DNA of 63,369 nt, filler included, from Stramenopiles sp. TOSAG23-2 (GCA_900128395.1; 30 parts of 30 records of this genome joined end to end with filler, not necessarily neighbours in it), one strand, 5' to 3'. Numbered from the whole stretch's first letter, positions 10,541-24,046 are shown. Notes: a model not told the origin generated them from the letters alone. Translations and numbers: made by a program.

Positions 10541-11086
10541 TGTTTGTTTTTTTTTTTTTATTACAATTCAATAATCTTTTTTGTCTAATAACATAAATGT
10601 ATATGATAATTTTCAGAGCTGTACATACACCGTATATAACAATAATTTATTTAACAGGACCAATATTTAACAGATTTGTTTTATAAATATAATTGTGTGT
10701 GTATCGATCAGACTCTTTTTCTTTTCTATAAGCTCTTCTGCAGAGAGCTCTGTGTCCTATAGGCCTAAGAAGATTGGCCTTGATTGGATTAATAATAGAT
10801 GTATGTATACATATATGGACATATGGGACACGCGACATTGTGTGTTTCCAAAAAAAAATAAAAAAGAACATCGTACAGATCGATCGTCACATTCTGTTTG
10901 ATTGGATATAGTAAGATAGATAGATACAATTATATACATACATATAATATAATATCGTAGTAGATATATTTATTATTATTTTTTTGTCTCGTCGTATACG
11001 TAATAATAATTTAAATTTTGTAGAGAAAAGTTAGGATTTCACTACATTTTGATTCATACATAATATATAAGAAAACACGAAAGACG

Positions 11087-11478
11087 ATGAAAGTAAGTTG
11101 TTGGATCTACTTATTTACAATTGTAATTTTGCAAATATTAAATATTGTATTTAATAATTATATCCATACAAACCTTTATTTATTATCCAAAACTAAAACA
11201 ACATCATTATTACGTAGCAAACGAGAAGTTTTTGATGTAAAGAATAATAATATTGATTGCAATCAACAAAATAACAACAAAAATAACAACGATGAAAGAC
11301 AGTTAAATAAAATTAATGATAACGCTGCTGTTACTAATACTAATAAGATTAGTACAAAGGTCAAATCTAAAATACCACATGCAATAATACCAAGAAATAA
11401 ACCACCAACATTGTTTTCAAATACAATAAGTAAAATAACATCAGTTTTAAGTAATGCTGGGGGTACAATCAATAATCA
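11087..11478 (+). CDS. 5' fragment of membrane-anchored protein (second copy; KVKSK versus KIKSE)
   Basis: Matches the 1821 ORF. Confidence 0.6.
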
Positions 11479-11578
11479 NNNNNNNNNNNNNNNNNNNNNN
11501 NNNNNNNNNNNNNNNNNNNNNNTTAATTAATTAANNNNNNNNNNNNNNNNNNNNNNNNNNNNNNNNNNNNNNNNNNNN

Positions 11579-12514
11579 TTACGAAAAGAAGCAGAGGCGA
11601 AAAGGGAAGCGGAGCGTAGAAAAGCAGATGAAGTTGCAAAAGCTGCTAAACTGAAGGAGGAACAACGTTTACGCGAACTCCGAGAAGCTGCAGAGAAGAA
11701 AGCGTTGGAATTGAAAAAAAGACAAGAAGAAGAAGCTGCTTTATTAAAGAAGAAAAAAGCAGAGGAAGAAAGATTGGCAAAAGAACTTGCTGCAGCGAAG
11801 AAGAAAAAAGAAGAGGAAGAAGCACTTGCAGCAAAAAAGAAAAAAGAGGAAGAAGAAGCCAAAGCACTTGCCAAAATTGCTAAGGATGCAGCAGATGCAT
11901 TAAAAGGATCATCATCGTCTCCAAAGGACAATGCAGAGAGGAAAAAATTAGCCAGTAAACGAAGGAGTATTATCTCTGAACGAAGAAAATCAAAAGATTT
12001 ATCAGCGCCAGGGAAAAAGAAAATTAAAGGTGGTGCAAGAAGAGGTGGTGGCAATTTAAAAAACAGGTTAGCAATGTGGCAAAAGAAAACGGATGATTAT
12101 GCAAATAAACAAAAAAATAATATTTTTTCTTCTAAATATACTGGACCAAAAGCTGGTGGCAAAGTTAAAATTGATACAAAAGCCGCTGATTATGGTAAAC
12201 CCAAAGAAGGGTCTAAAACTGCTGCACGAGCAGCAAAAGCGAAGGAATGGGTAAAAAAAGAAATTAAAAAATTATTAGAAGTGATTGTAAAAATTGGTGG
12301 TAAAGACGATGAAGGTATGCCATGTATTGAATTCGGTCCATTGTTTATTGCATACCAAGACATATCCGATACTCTAGTTGGTATATTAATGCGATCAAAG
12401 AAATATAAATATTTAGAATACAAAGGTGATATGCTTTTTCAAGGTTGTCATGACAAAGTGATGATAACATTGAAACAAAAAGGTGTTGACAGGGCAAATG
12501 AGAAAGCAGAGTAA
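11579..12514 (+). CDS. ABRA/STARS-like protein with C-terminal Costars domain, 5'-truncated
   Basis: YGKPKEGSKTAARAAKA followed by FGPLF...ISDTLVGILMRSKKYKYLEYKGDMLFQGCHDKVMITL; E/K/A-rich helical region upstream. Confidence 0.85.
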   Translation, partial: LRKEAEAKREAERRKADEVAKAAKLKEEQRLRELREAAEKKALELKKRQEEEAALLKKKKAEEERLAKELAAAKKKKEEEEALAAKKKKEEEEAKALAKIAKDAADALKGSSSSPKDNAERKKLASKRRSIISERRKSKDLSAPGKKKIKGGARRGGGNLKNRLAMWQKKTDDYANKQKNNIFSSKYTGPKAGGKVKIDTKAADYGKPKEGSKTAARAAKAKEWVKKEIKKLLEVIVKIGGKDDEGMPCIEFGPLFIAYQDISDTLVGILMRSKKYKYLEYKGDMLFQGCHDKVMITLKQKGVDRANEKAE

Positions 12515-13142
12515 AAAAACAAAGAGAAAGAGAGAGAGAGAGAGTAATAAATGGACACCGACGTTTAATTTTTAAATATATATATATATATTATGCATTT
12601 CCCGTAAGGATGGAAAATTGAAAGTTAAATTGGACNNNNNNNNNNNNNNNNNNNNNNNNNNNNNNNNNNNNNNNNNNNNTTAATTAATTAANNNNNNNNN
12701 NNNNNNNNNNNNNNNNNNNNNNNNNNNNNNNNNNNTATGAAAAAGATTTACATTAAAATTTGAAATGGGGTGGTGTGAAATGTGAAAAGATATTTTAATA
12801 AATATATTACATATTAATATGATACGACCTTCTTATTTTTTTTAATACGCGTACGAAAAAAAAAATAATACAAACGATAATATCAACTTCGTAGTGATTT
12901 TGCAGTATACGATTTTCTATCCATATCATCTGTCTTCTATTTTAGTGAGATACGCGTAGATATTAAATGTTGGTTAAATTTAATTATATTAAATGTTGGC
13001 TGTGCTTAAATTTATTCTTTGAGGAGAGTAGAAATTATCACGAGAGTGTGAAATAAAAAAAATGAAAATACGCGCGTACATTTACACTATCATATGTATT
13101 TAGAGTGATTTTTATTATGTACATTATATAAAACATATTTTT

Positions 13143-13791
13143 TTACAATATACTATTTCTATCCATCAATTTGAATCTTTCTTTCCATACTTGAAAAACA
13201 CATTTGATCTTCCATGCAAGAATTGTTGGATTAATTTTTTCATCGTTTGCTTTTTTTAAACTACAACCTCGTTTGAAATATGAATTATTTGACGAAGTCT
13301 TTATCGCTTGTTTTTTTTGCTCCGTATTTTCCTTTTTTGTCCTATTGACTTGTTTTCTCTTTGTTACTTTCATTTCTTTAGGCATTATTTTTTCATCTAC
13401 ATAGTCAACATATGACTGTACTTTCAGTGTTTCGTATCTTTCCTTGGAGATATGCAATTTAACAGATTCTATACATCGACATATCGCTTCACACCAAACA
13501 ACAAAAGGCATCATGTAATTAGTTCCAGTATTTATCTGCAGTTCGTCAACCTCAATTGGTAGGGATTTTTTATATACTAAAAATGCTTTAACAAATTGTT
13601 CATTCTCTGTCTCATCAATTAACTCGCTGTTGACACAAAATCGTATCCATTCTTTAATATTCATATATTTTTTCATCTCCGTCTTCCGAGAACAATGTAC
13701 ACTATATACCTCCTTTAAAAATGGTAGGTCTCTCACTCTATTTTTCAACACCAACATACACTCACACAAATGCCATTTACACACTTTCCCA
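13143..13791 (-). CDS. 3' fragment of a hypothetical protein (EF-hand-like segment)
   Basis: More than 210 open codons; YMNIKEWIRFC and MPFVVWCEAICR are degenerate EF-like motifs. Confidence 0.6.
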
Positions 13792-13892
13792 NNNNNNNNN
13801 NNNNNNNNNNNNNNNNNNNNNNNNNNNNNNNNNNNTTAATTAATTAANNNNNNNNNNNNNNNNNNNNNNNNNNNNNNNNNNNNNNNNNNNNT

Positions 13893-14180
13893 TCCGACAA
13901 TGGAAAGTCAAGACAGAAGCGCAAAACTGTGAAAGATATTCGTATTTATGACGGAAAAAAACAAGCGTTATGCACAAAGCGTAAAAAGCTTAATGAATAT
14001 GAATGGTATGAAATAAACAGTTTACACCATGAACGATTAAAATTTCTGTTGCGTAACATTGGTAAAAGATTTGACAATAATATAAAAGCACATACAGAAG
14101 ATTTAGTCAAAGATGTGGAAAACAGTTGGGAAAAGCTACAAAAATGTTATGAGGAGGTGCATAATGCAGCAGAGGTATAA
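13893..14180 (+). CDS. 3' fragment of a hypothetical protein
   Basis: Open from the contig edge to TAA. Confidence 0.4.
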   Translation, partial: SDNGKSRQKRKTVKDIRIYDGKKQALCTKRKKLNEYEWYEINSLHHERLKFLLRNIGKRFDNNIKAHTEDLVKDVENSWEKLQKCYEEVHNAAEV

Positions 14181-16203
14181 TTAATATGAATATATTGCTA
14201 CGAAAATAATGATATATTTTTTTGACATGGAAATAAATAGCATGACACGCAGAAACTGGAAAAAAGCAATTTTTTTTAAATCAAAGGGTACCATCCATCT
14301 TAATGGACAGACATTTAATTTTTTTATAATTTAAACGTTTTATTTACTCATAAAATGTATGTATATATTGGTAAGCACCACTAAATAATTAGATACGCGT
14401 ACTACTTAATAGTATTTAGTATTGTTAAAAAATGAAAGGGAAAAGATATGATATAACTAATCCGGAAAGACCTGTGAAAGAATTATACATGTCGTATAGA
14501 TTCAGAAGAATCAAGAGTTGTAATTGCTTGTTGTACTTCTTCGTTTGTTACTGGTCGTCGTCTCTGTTTAACTCGCTCTGCTATTTCATACATTACTCCA
14601 TCATCTGAACGTGGAGGGTCATTGGCAAGTAATTTGCGCTTCTTCAGAATTGATCCATCATCAGTTGGATCTAAAAGTACTGGAAACGTCATCTACAGCC
14701 AGTTTCGTCAGTGAAACCTGTGTATTCGTCCCATTTGATATACCTGGAATGTTTGTAAGATGTGCTACTTGATTAATGGGACCAATATATTGTCATCAGT
14801 TCGATGCTGGTCAGTGATAAGACGTTGTTGTACTATGTTTGTAAGATGCTGCGATTTCTTCAAATGTCTTCATTGAAAACTGAATTAGAGGATCCTGCCG
14901 AATCACCCAATATACTAAATGTACGCGTATTTAAATTATAAAAAAATNNNNNNNNNNNNNNNNNNNNNNNNNNNNNNNNNNNNNNNNNNNNTTAATTAAT
15001 TAANNNNNNNNNNNNNNNNNNNNNNNNNNNNNNNNNNNNNNNNNNNNTGATAACAATAAATATAGATGTAACTTTTATGTATATACGGTAAATACACACA
15101 CAGAGAGAAACACACACAATGTAGACGTAAAGGGAGGTTAGGCAAATTATACAATTGAAAATGATTCTACTCCTTTACCACCCCCACACATGGATTATCT
15201 AAACTCTTTCTAAATTAGATATATATTTTACGTTATTGGTGAAGAAGATCAAGAAAAAAATGGGTTGCTGGTGTAATTTTTATTATACTAATAAGTATAA
15301 ATATATGTTTGATAGGGCAGTCATTTTCAGCAGCATTTTGGCAAATCTTAATGATGTAGCACTTCTTTCTTGATGACGAATGGATTTAAGCACTTAACTC
15401 AAGGTAGAAATTTAAAAAATTTAACACTACACAGTATGTGGGTTGTCATTCTCGTGCCTTCGCTCATGCATCAAAGATCCGGGCGAACAGGGAGAAGCAG
15501 CCGAAGCTCGATGTTTTTGGTTTGGAAGATTCCTTCCAGTAGAGCTACTCCCTGCTGCGCGTCAATTAACAACTAAATATATAAGGTTTTTTACGCGAAG
15601 ATTCGACCTTTTGAGTATACACGATTGGTCGTGTATATAATGTGTGGCCAGTTTTATAACATGGGTCTATAATACCTTAACTTTTAAGTAATAAAAGAGA
15701 TGAAAATATCAGAGAATCCTAATCTGAAGATGAAACTAAAACCACACCAGCACAGAATAACATCACAGCCTTTTTTTTTGTGTTAGCTGGTTAGCTTAAG
15801 TGGTTAGCCTGGTTAGCCTATAGTTGTATCGGTGGTATTATAGTGTTGTGGTGTTGTGGTATTATAGAGTTTAAGTTTAGAGCTCGCAAAATATATCTAT
15901 CTACTGAAAACATTATGCTATCAAGTATAATTTTGGCTGAAGCTTCTCTCCTTTCTTCTTTCTCCTTATTTTTTTCCTCCGATATGATGATGAGAATAAT
16001 AATAATAAGATCGGTTACTTGTTAATAATACATTTCAGACATTATTATAATAAAAGTAAAAACAAAGACTGTAATAGAATACAATACACATACATCATAC
16101 ATCNNNNNNNNNNNNNNNNNNNNNNNNNNNNNNNNNNNNNNNNNNNNTTAATTAATTAANNNNNNNNNNNNNNNNNNNNNNNNNNNNNNNNNNNNNNNNN
16201 NNN

Positions 16204-17259
16204 GAATTAAAGCTTGAAACGAATGGAACAGTGCAATCACACCATCATTGGAACATAAAGTCAAAACGAACAAGAATATATACAGAAAATCTTGAAACTG
16301 ATGAGATGTACTGTCTTTCACCCCATCTATGCACAAAACAAGAGTACTTAGCCGATGTAGTTTACGGTAGAGATGACTGCCAATTTAACAAAGAAGAAAA
16401 AGAAAAGTGCGCAGAGAACGCCGTTGGAAGAATTGAATTTCAACATGATGGTTGCCCTCACAGGGAGAATGGTGCCAGCATGGTGTGTATTGGTTTGTTC
16501 ACAGGAAAAAAAGGTGCAAAGGCACCGAAGCTGACATTATTCACAAACGAAACAGAGACAAATACAAATCAGTTTGACTCAGAATACAACACTATTGAAA
16601 ACATGGAACTTCTTATTTCGTCCTTGCTTGTTATTGCAATAGTCTGGTATTCAAGTCGCTGGGCATGCTGCAATGACAGAGCTGCAGCCCCGGATCTCAA
16701 TGGTTTCTTTGCTCTTTATGCCGTTGGGTCCACAAAGTTTTTTGGTGGATCAGAAGATGTGTCTACTCTTGACGATGTGACATACAAAGTGCTATATTTG
16801 CTGGGGGGTGACCAGTGGTGCGGTGATAACTCACATGAAGAGAAGCATGCTTTACTCTTTGTTTATGTTCTAGTCATAATTTTACCATTAGCCATTGGTT
16901 CTTTTCTTGTGCTTATGGTTTGTCGCAATGTAAGATGTGTAGAATATTGTCGAAGTCGTAGTAATAACTATCGTATTAATAGGCTTTTTTCGATAGTTGT
17001 CATTTTGTTAATTGGTCCAATCTTAGGTACAACATTAGCACAATCTTTTAATATCCCAATATTTATTGCTTCATTTATTTGGCCTTGGCTGTTCCTTCTT
17101 CTTTTAAAAGAGGATAATATATTTTGGTGCAATATATTTCGTTGCACACCCAAGTGTATCCAAAAGTGTATCCAAAATAGGGATACTACATATGATACTG
17201 CACCCAACAGTATTACACAAGGTAGAATCCTTAGACTGCAAGGTAAGCCTCGTACTCAA
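16204..17259 (+). CDS. Internal fragment of a multi-pass membrane protein with a Cys-containing extracellular region
   Basis: ORF spans almost the whole contig with several hydrophobic segments. Confidence 0.7.
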
Positions 17260-17359
17260 NNNNNNNNNNNNNNNNNNNNNNNNNNNNNNNNNNNNNNNNN
17301 NNNTTAATTAATTAANNNNNNNNNNNNNNNNNNNNNNNNNNNNNNNNNNNNNNNNNNNN

Positions 17360-18244
17360 AAGAATGGTTTTGCACCTGCTGCAGCAGTAATTTTTTTAAC
17401 ATCAGCAGTTGGACCTGCCAAGATAGATGTACCGGAATCCAAGATAACTTTAGTTGTGGTGGTCATACTTGTACCTCCCAATTTAAGACCATCAAGTTTA
17501 GTTTCCCAGTAAGTATCACTAGTCAAATCAACATATGTCAAATCTCCAGTGTAATGATTTGGGTCGGTACCACCGAATGTCAATTCACCATCAGTACCAC
17601 TTGTAGTGGAAAGGGCAAAGCCGAATACTGGTTCAGAAACTGCTTTTTGGTCAACAGCATTGTGGAATACGGTTGTCAAGTTATCAACACTGATACTTTG
17701 GTATGCAAGACCTAAGATACCATCGAATTTACCGATGGAATATGCAAGGCCAAGACCTTTAGCATTATCGATCATAGCGAAATCTTGTGCGTTAACGGTN
17801 NNNNNNNNNNNNNNNNNNNNNNNNNCCTCCAACGGTTACATCGTCTTGTGCAACAATACCAGATACTGGACCACTTCCGTACATAATGTCGAAAATACGT
17901 CCATCTGCTTTGTATGTTTTTGATTTAGTTGGGTCATATTTTGGGTGGCTACCGCATGAACTGCAGTTTTCTGCTGGTACCCATAAGTTACTGGAACCAG
18001 TGTCGAAGATAACTTGGAATTGTTGTCCTCCAACACTTACTGGGCCGTAGTATTGCGCATCTTGGAAATTATGTAAAGGTACTGGGAAGTCACCTCTAAC
18101 TCCTTTCAAACCTTGTGGTACGTGGTAATCACCATGTTCATATGAAATTTGACGTAATGATTTAGATTTTTTTAATGGAATTCTAACCATAGCATTTGCT
18201 GAGCATAATGCTGCAATTAATAATACGATAGTTGCTACACGCAT
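17360..18244 (-). CDS. Cathepsin D-like A1 aspartic protease, 3'-truncated, internal N gap at 17800-17825
   Basis: Signal peptide, DAQYYG, VIFDTGSSNLWVP, FDGILGLAY, ILDSGTS (both catalytic Asp motifs). Confidence 0.95.
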
Positions 18245-19213
18245 GTTGTTGTATTGATATATTGTTTGTTATATATTTTGTATTTCAAATAATATTGTTT
18301 ATATATATATATATATATGTTTCCTATCTTTCCACTACTGATTGTAATTTTGTTTTCTATGTTGATGTACGAATATAAAATGTCTATTGTGGCTGTATTT
18401 TGCCCATTACACAGCNNNNNNNNNNNNNNNNNNNNNNNNNNNNNNNNNNNNNNNNNNNNTTAATTAATTAANNNNNNNNNNNNNNNNNNNNNNNNNNNNN
18501 NNNNNNNNNNNNNNNCTCGTCATCTTGTGCAAAATGTACAGATAAATGTGCCATATTCTTTGTTTTTAATGGTTTGAATATGTGATTTTTATTTGTATAT
18601 ATATATATGTATGTGTTTGTGTATTGATATCAATGATATCGATATATATATTGTATTTTCAAAAGTTACTATACCAGTCCATGCAGGTGCTCACCTGGCC
18701 CAACATCATGTAATTATTTCTTACTAACTGCTGTTTTTTGCAGCTATAATATTATACATATAATAGTAATAGTAATAGCATTAATACATGGGCATACCAC
18801 AGCAGAAATAAATCAAATATATTTTTTACAACTGGATGAACTCCTTTTAAAAATAGCGATGACGACAGGAACGTATAGACTATATAGTAGACGACTATAT
18901 CGTCAACCTTAACCTGGCCAGCCGGCAACCACAAACCACACTACATTATAACACCACATCATCCATCTCGTAATAATAGTAGTGTTGTTGTTATTGTACA
19001 TGATGTACTGTAGCTTATTACATATTCGTCTATAATTATATATATATATATATTAGAACACAAACATATTATATTTGTATTGATGTAATACAAGAAATCA
19101 ACAAACAAAACAGAAGAATCTATCTATACATAGATTATCCAACAAAAGTGTTATACAAAAAGCGATAAATAGACGTATATATACAAATGTATAAATAAAC
19201 GAAATAAATTTTC

Positions 19214-19505
19214 ATGAACAAAATAAATATATTGAAACAAATTAAAAGACTATCAATAATATCCCGTCATATTCGCAACAACAAGAATAATAATAATATA
19301 AATAAAAAGACACGTAACAATAATTACAATATATATTACACTAATCATCGTTCTTTCCATACTTCAAAATCATTTCATAGTAAAAAGCCTAGTATAGGAA
19401 ATCTCGTTGAAAAGCTTAAACGACAAAGAATGGAGAAATTAAATCAACATGATGAAAGTATGGAAAAAGAAAAACGTAAAAAACGTAGATGGAAAGAAGA
19501 AGATG

Positions 19506-19538
<33 letters not shown>

Positions 19539-19570
19539 GCAACCAAAAAAAGAAAATTCAACGACAGATT
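19214..19570 (+). CDS. 5' fragment of a probable mitochondrion-targeted protein
   Basis: Basic N-terminus lacking acidic residues with an RSFHTS presequence-like motif. Confidence 0.5.
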
Positions 19571-20831
19571 NNNNNNNNNNNNNNNNNNNNNNNNNNNNNN
19601 NNNNNNNNNNNNNNTTAATTAATTAANNNNNNNNNNNNNNNNNNNNNNNNNNNNNNNNNNNNNNNNNNNNCAGTCTTTATTTCTATACAAACCATAGCAA
19701 TTAGCTGTTGCATTAATACGACAGGGTATAATAATATAAACGTAATTATCAGAGAGAAGATTTTAATGGTATTTTCATATGGACTTTTGGGAGACGAGTT
19801 GTCAAACGAGTTTTAGCAGGCCATCTCGTTTGACAAACCCAATAGTGATGCGATGCATGTAAACAAGCCGTCTGGTAGCCACCGCGTTGAAGATTACAAC
19901 CACCCTTACCAGCTTACCGTTTAGGAGCCTATCAACAAACCTGAAACGAACGTGTATTTTTATACGATCGATGAGATGTGAGATGATGATTGATGATTGA
20001 TGAGCTTTAAAATGTACACCCATGTACCGGATCGCATGTGTCGTCAACGACATGAACGCAATGACACAAGGAATCGGACCAATTTTTTCCAATCAAAGTT
20101 ACCAATCTTTTGACGTATCTTGTAAAAGGGTTTGATACTGTTAAGAAACGAGGATTTCTTTTTCGTACGAAACCCTTTATTAAATGAGGTAATAAACTTT
20201 GTTTTACCCACAGCACTCATATAGGAGGGTTCCTTTTTGGCATCATCATCAAATTTAATGATAAAGTTGTGGGTGGTTAATGATGTATTCACTTTTTACA
20301 AACTATATACTATAATACTAATACGTATATATCACTAAACCAGGCAAACACCTCTCGAAACATCTCGGGCCATTTCTCCTATGAAACTTAAGTGTAACTT
20401 TATGTAGTCTTGTCTTTACTATAGACATAGCAAAGAAAAGACGGGGCCGCCAGCCTTCACCAAATTTTATATTATGTTAAAAGTGCTGTTATTATACTAA
20501 CAAGTATAAAAAAGTGGGAACAGTCCGAGATGTTGGGGAACAGAAAAGTGTTCATTCGGATTGAATAATGATGTAATAAACTCATATAGAATGTCAATGT
20601 ATGCACAATGTATATATACAACATCGAGACATCACCCGGAAAAGAATATATATATATATATATATATAGGTATAGGTACACGCTTCAACAATCACCTTCC
20701 ATCAATATACAACAATGAGGCGTGANNNNNNNNNNNNNNNNNNNNNNNNNNNNNNNNNNNNNNNNNNNNTTAATTAATTAANNNNNNNNNNNNNNNNNNN
20801 NNNNNNNNNNNNNNNNNNNNNNNNNCAATCA

Positions 20832-21880
20832 TCACTTTGACTCTAATAATAAATCTAAAACTGGTTTGCTTATAATGGATTTCTCGCCACCATCACCAAC
20901 ATCGCCTTCTTCTCCCTCCTTAAGTTGATGAGTTGTTGAATAACAAAACACGGCAATGATATAACGTGTACCATGAAAGACAGGATATCCACCATGACTT
21001 GTTGTGCCATTAAACATCATTACCCCACCAGCATCCGTATTTACAACTTCTTTTCGATCTGGTAAATACAATCCACCACCACTATATTCACTTTGATCAT
21101 TCAATGCTACTGTAAACGAAAATTGAGACTGATCAACATGTATTGGTAATTTCCGTTGCCGTTTGGAATTATATTTCACAACAAATGCATCAATTATACG
21201 CAACGATTCGAATGGTACATTATACATAACTGATAATGATGGGAATAATTTTGTCTTTAAAATGAAATTAAATTGTTCCAACACTTTTGGTACTTTATGA
21301 ACTGGCACATCAGTTGTTGGCACGGCATAATGTCGACTAGTGGTCCATCCGCCATTTTCTACAATATATTCCTCAATATCTTGGATAATTTGTTGACAAA
21401 TATTTTTATCAAACAGTGGCATATCAGGTTTAGTTGCAAATACTTTATTATCATTGTCATATGGCAATACAATTTCCATATATTTCGAAGCGATATCATT
21501 GTATTTATTGTTATTATCATTATTATCACTTTTATCAACATGTGGATAAAATGAATGCACACCATTCAAATTATTCATAATTTTCGTATTTGTTTGTTTT
21601 AATGCATTATCTGCAAGTTTTAAAAACTCATAACCATCATGCCATTTATCATTCCATGACAATGTACGGCCTATTTCATATAACCCAAAACTATTTGGTA
21701 ATGCTGGCGATGAAAATCTTGAATGAAAATATGCTTTTTGAAAAAAATCAATAGCATTTTCATGGTTTCCCACTGTCTGTGCTAAATATCCAATCTCCAT
21801 CAATATTTCTGGAATATATCGTATGTTGGAACGCTTTTTATTTGGTGTTCTTGGTCGTTCATAATTACATTTCAAACAAT
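20832..21880 (-). CDS. TPR-like repeat plus 2OG-Fe(II) dioxygenase (lysyl hydroxylase C-terminal-like), 5'-truncated
   Basis: FVVKY...LPIHVDQS.FSFTVALN...YSGGG...HGGYPV..GTRYI supplies HxD...H and the 2OG-binding Arg. Confidence 0.88.
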
Positions 21881-22642
21881 NNNNNNNNNNNNNNNNNNNN
21901 NNNNNNNNNNNNNNNNNNNNNNNNTTAATTAATTAANNNNNNNNNNNNNNNNNNNNNNNNNNNNNNNNNNNNNNNNNNNNGGGGGGGGGGGGGGGGGTAA
22001 AAAAGGCTGTGTAATTTTACCTGTAAAATTATATTCATCATATTTACTTGTATAAACAGGAAGGATTGTATGATTGTATATTGTATATGTATAGTGTTTT
22101 AAAATAAATGTACCCCTATGTGCAAGATATAAGGTCTTTCATGCTGTGTAATAGAAAGGTGCAAGAAAGAAAGAAAGTTTTTTTGCTGATATAATAGTAA
22201 TTAAAGGCTGTTTATGATATTTAATGCTGTGTCGTGTTAAAAGGCTAAGTTAAAAATCACAAGCACAAAGCCCCCCTTTCATTTCTCAATAATATATTCA
22301 CAATGTCACAGCACTAGAAAAACAAAAGTTATAAGTTCATGTGTTTTTGTCTTGAGTCTTGAGAAGTTTCTTTTATTTAATAATAGCACAATACTTTATT
22401 TTTTACAAGATTACAGACACAAGCGATTTGTACCACACTTTACACTTATAACTACAAAAAGATTGTTAAACGCACACACAACTTTTACATTTTACACATT
22501 TTCCAGGGCCATCAATCGAAAAACGTATATGATGTACATATAAAACTACTACAAAAAACAAGTGTTGTTTCTTTCGATAATATATAACACACACGCACAT
22601 ATGTATATGTGCAAATTCTCCTTCTTTATTATTCTCTGTTTA

Positions 22643-24046
22643 TTAAATATTTGTAGAAACATATAAATGCAATTCTTCTTGACTCACTTTTCCTCTAATA
22701 TTCCATTCTTTCATTTGTTTATTTTGCATAATTAAAATACTATCTTCAACAGATACTGGATTATAACCAAACACATTTTTTGCATTTTCACATTTAAACC
22801 ACCAATGTCGTCCTGCCATAAAATTAAAGGAATCTGGGCGTAAAAATGGATCAATCGGTGAAATGCCAATAAATTGATAACAATAATAATTAAATTTAGC
22901 TATTAATTTCATTAAAGAGATTGGGATAGAGGATGGTTTACCATTTTTCCATTCCTTTAAATTGTAAAATTCAAAAGTAGTTAATCCAATACCTTGCCCT
23001 AAATGAAATGCTTTTCCCGCTGCATGATTATTATAATATTTATTATTTGTTGAATAATTTAATATATGTTCACAACATTGTACATGTCCAAGGGCTATAT
23101 TATCCGCCCAACCAAAATCAATAATATTATTTCCTTTATCAAATATATAATTGATTTCATTACGTAATAAACGTTCACCAAATTTAGAATCATCTGCACC
23201 ATAAATTATAGGTGGTCGTAAAGATACAGTTGCTAATTTCGTATTCAAAACATCATCATCACCGGTTTGATGGTTAGCACCATTTGCATTTAACACATAT
23301 TGTTCACCTTTTGCTTTTGATCTTGCATATGTATCGACATAATTATCATCTGATGGATATGGTAACACTTGGCCATTTAAACCATCGACATATAAATTAT
23401 CATTTGGTAATACAACAGATGCACTAGAAGTTGCTAATAAGAGATCAATACAATAATTTTTACATAATTCAACAATTTGCTTTGAACCTATTGTATTTAC
23501 TTGATGCAATTTCTCGGATGTCGTTGATACAGCTGGTAGCAAACCAGCAACATGGAACACAATATTATTGCATGGTTTAGGATGCGTGAATGTAGTAGCA
23601 AATGCACAAATGGTATCAATTTCAGATGTAATATCACCTTGAATATATGTTACATGTTTTAATTTTCGGTGTGGTTTTGGTACATTTATATCAAAAATAG
23701 TAATTTCAGTGGAATCAGACGGAAACCGTTCTTTACACATAGCAGCAATTCTCCAGCCTAATACCCCAGTTCCACCTGTGATCAATATAGTTGTTTTAAT
23801 ATTATTGGTATCGTCATCATCGTCGTCATCATCAATAATATATGCCGGCAATGCATCATCATCACTTTCTTCTTCATTATCATTGTTGAAATTGTATTTA
23901 TTATTATTATTTGATGTATAATTTTTATCATGATGATGAGGACGAGTGAATATATATATTGTAAATATGATAGAAATGATAATGATGATGATGGAGAAAA
24001 TTATATTTATTGTTGTTGTTGTTAATAGTTGTAGTAGTGGTGCCAT
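22643..24046 (-). CDS. 3-beta-hydroxysteroid dehydrogenase / NSDHL-like extended SDR with N-terminal membrane anchor
   Basis: ITGGTGVLG, VFHVAG, TSSASV, YARSK, LRPPIIYG; likely start MAPLLQ at 24046. Confidence 0.85.
   Translation of the reverse strand: MAPLLQLLTTTTINIIFSIIIIIISIIFTIYIFTRPHHHDKNYTSNNNNKYNFNNDNEEESDDDALPAYIIDDDDDDDDTNNIKTTILITGGTGVLGWRIAAMCKERFPSDSTEITIFDINVPKPHRKLKHVTYIQGDITSEIDTICAFATTFTHPKPCNNIVFHVAGLLPAVSTTSEKLHQVNTIGSKQIVELCKNYCIDLLLATSSASVVLPNDNLYVDGLNGQVLPYPSDDNYVDTYARSKAKGEQYVLNANGANHQTGDDDVLNTKLATVSLRPPIIYGADDSKFGERLLRNEINYIFDKGNNIIDFGWADNIALGHVQCCEHILNYSTNNKYYNNHAAGKAFHLGQGIGLTTFEFYNLKEWKNGKPSSIPISLMKLIAKFNYYCYQFIGISPIDPFLRPDSFNFMAGRHWWFKCENAKNVFGYNPVSVEDSILIMQNKQMKEWNIRGKVSQEELHLYVSTNI

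Larger units (their letters stand above)
10422..11478. repeat. Second haplotype or near-identical paralogue of contig 1160-2218
   Basis: Same first base and colinear; differences cluster at about 10720-10866, plus two missense SNPs and a divergent last few bases. Confidence 0.95.

Noticed and set aside
11527-12054. Long antisense ORFs (also 9901-10290, 43909-44412, 51057-51632, 57307-58344 and similar)
   Set aside because: Shadows of genes on the other strand caused by codon bias and low complexity.
21981-21997. Poly-G run as a G-quadruplex element
   Set aside because: At a contig edge, where poly-G is a common sequencing artefact.
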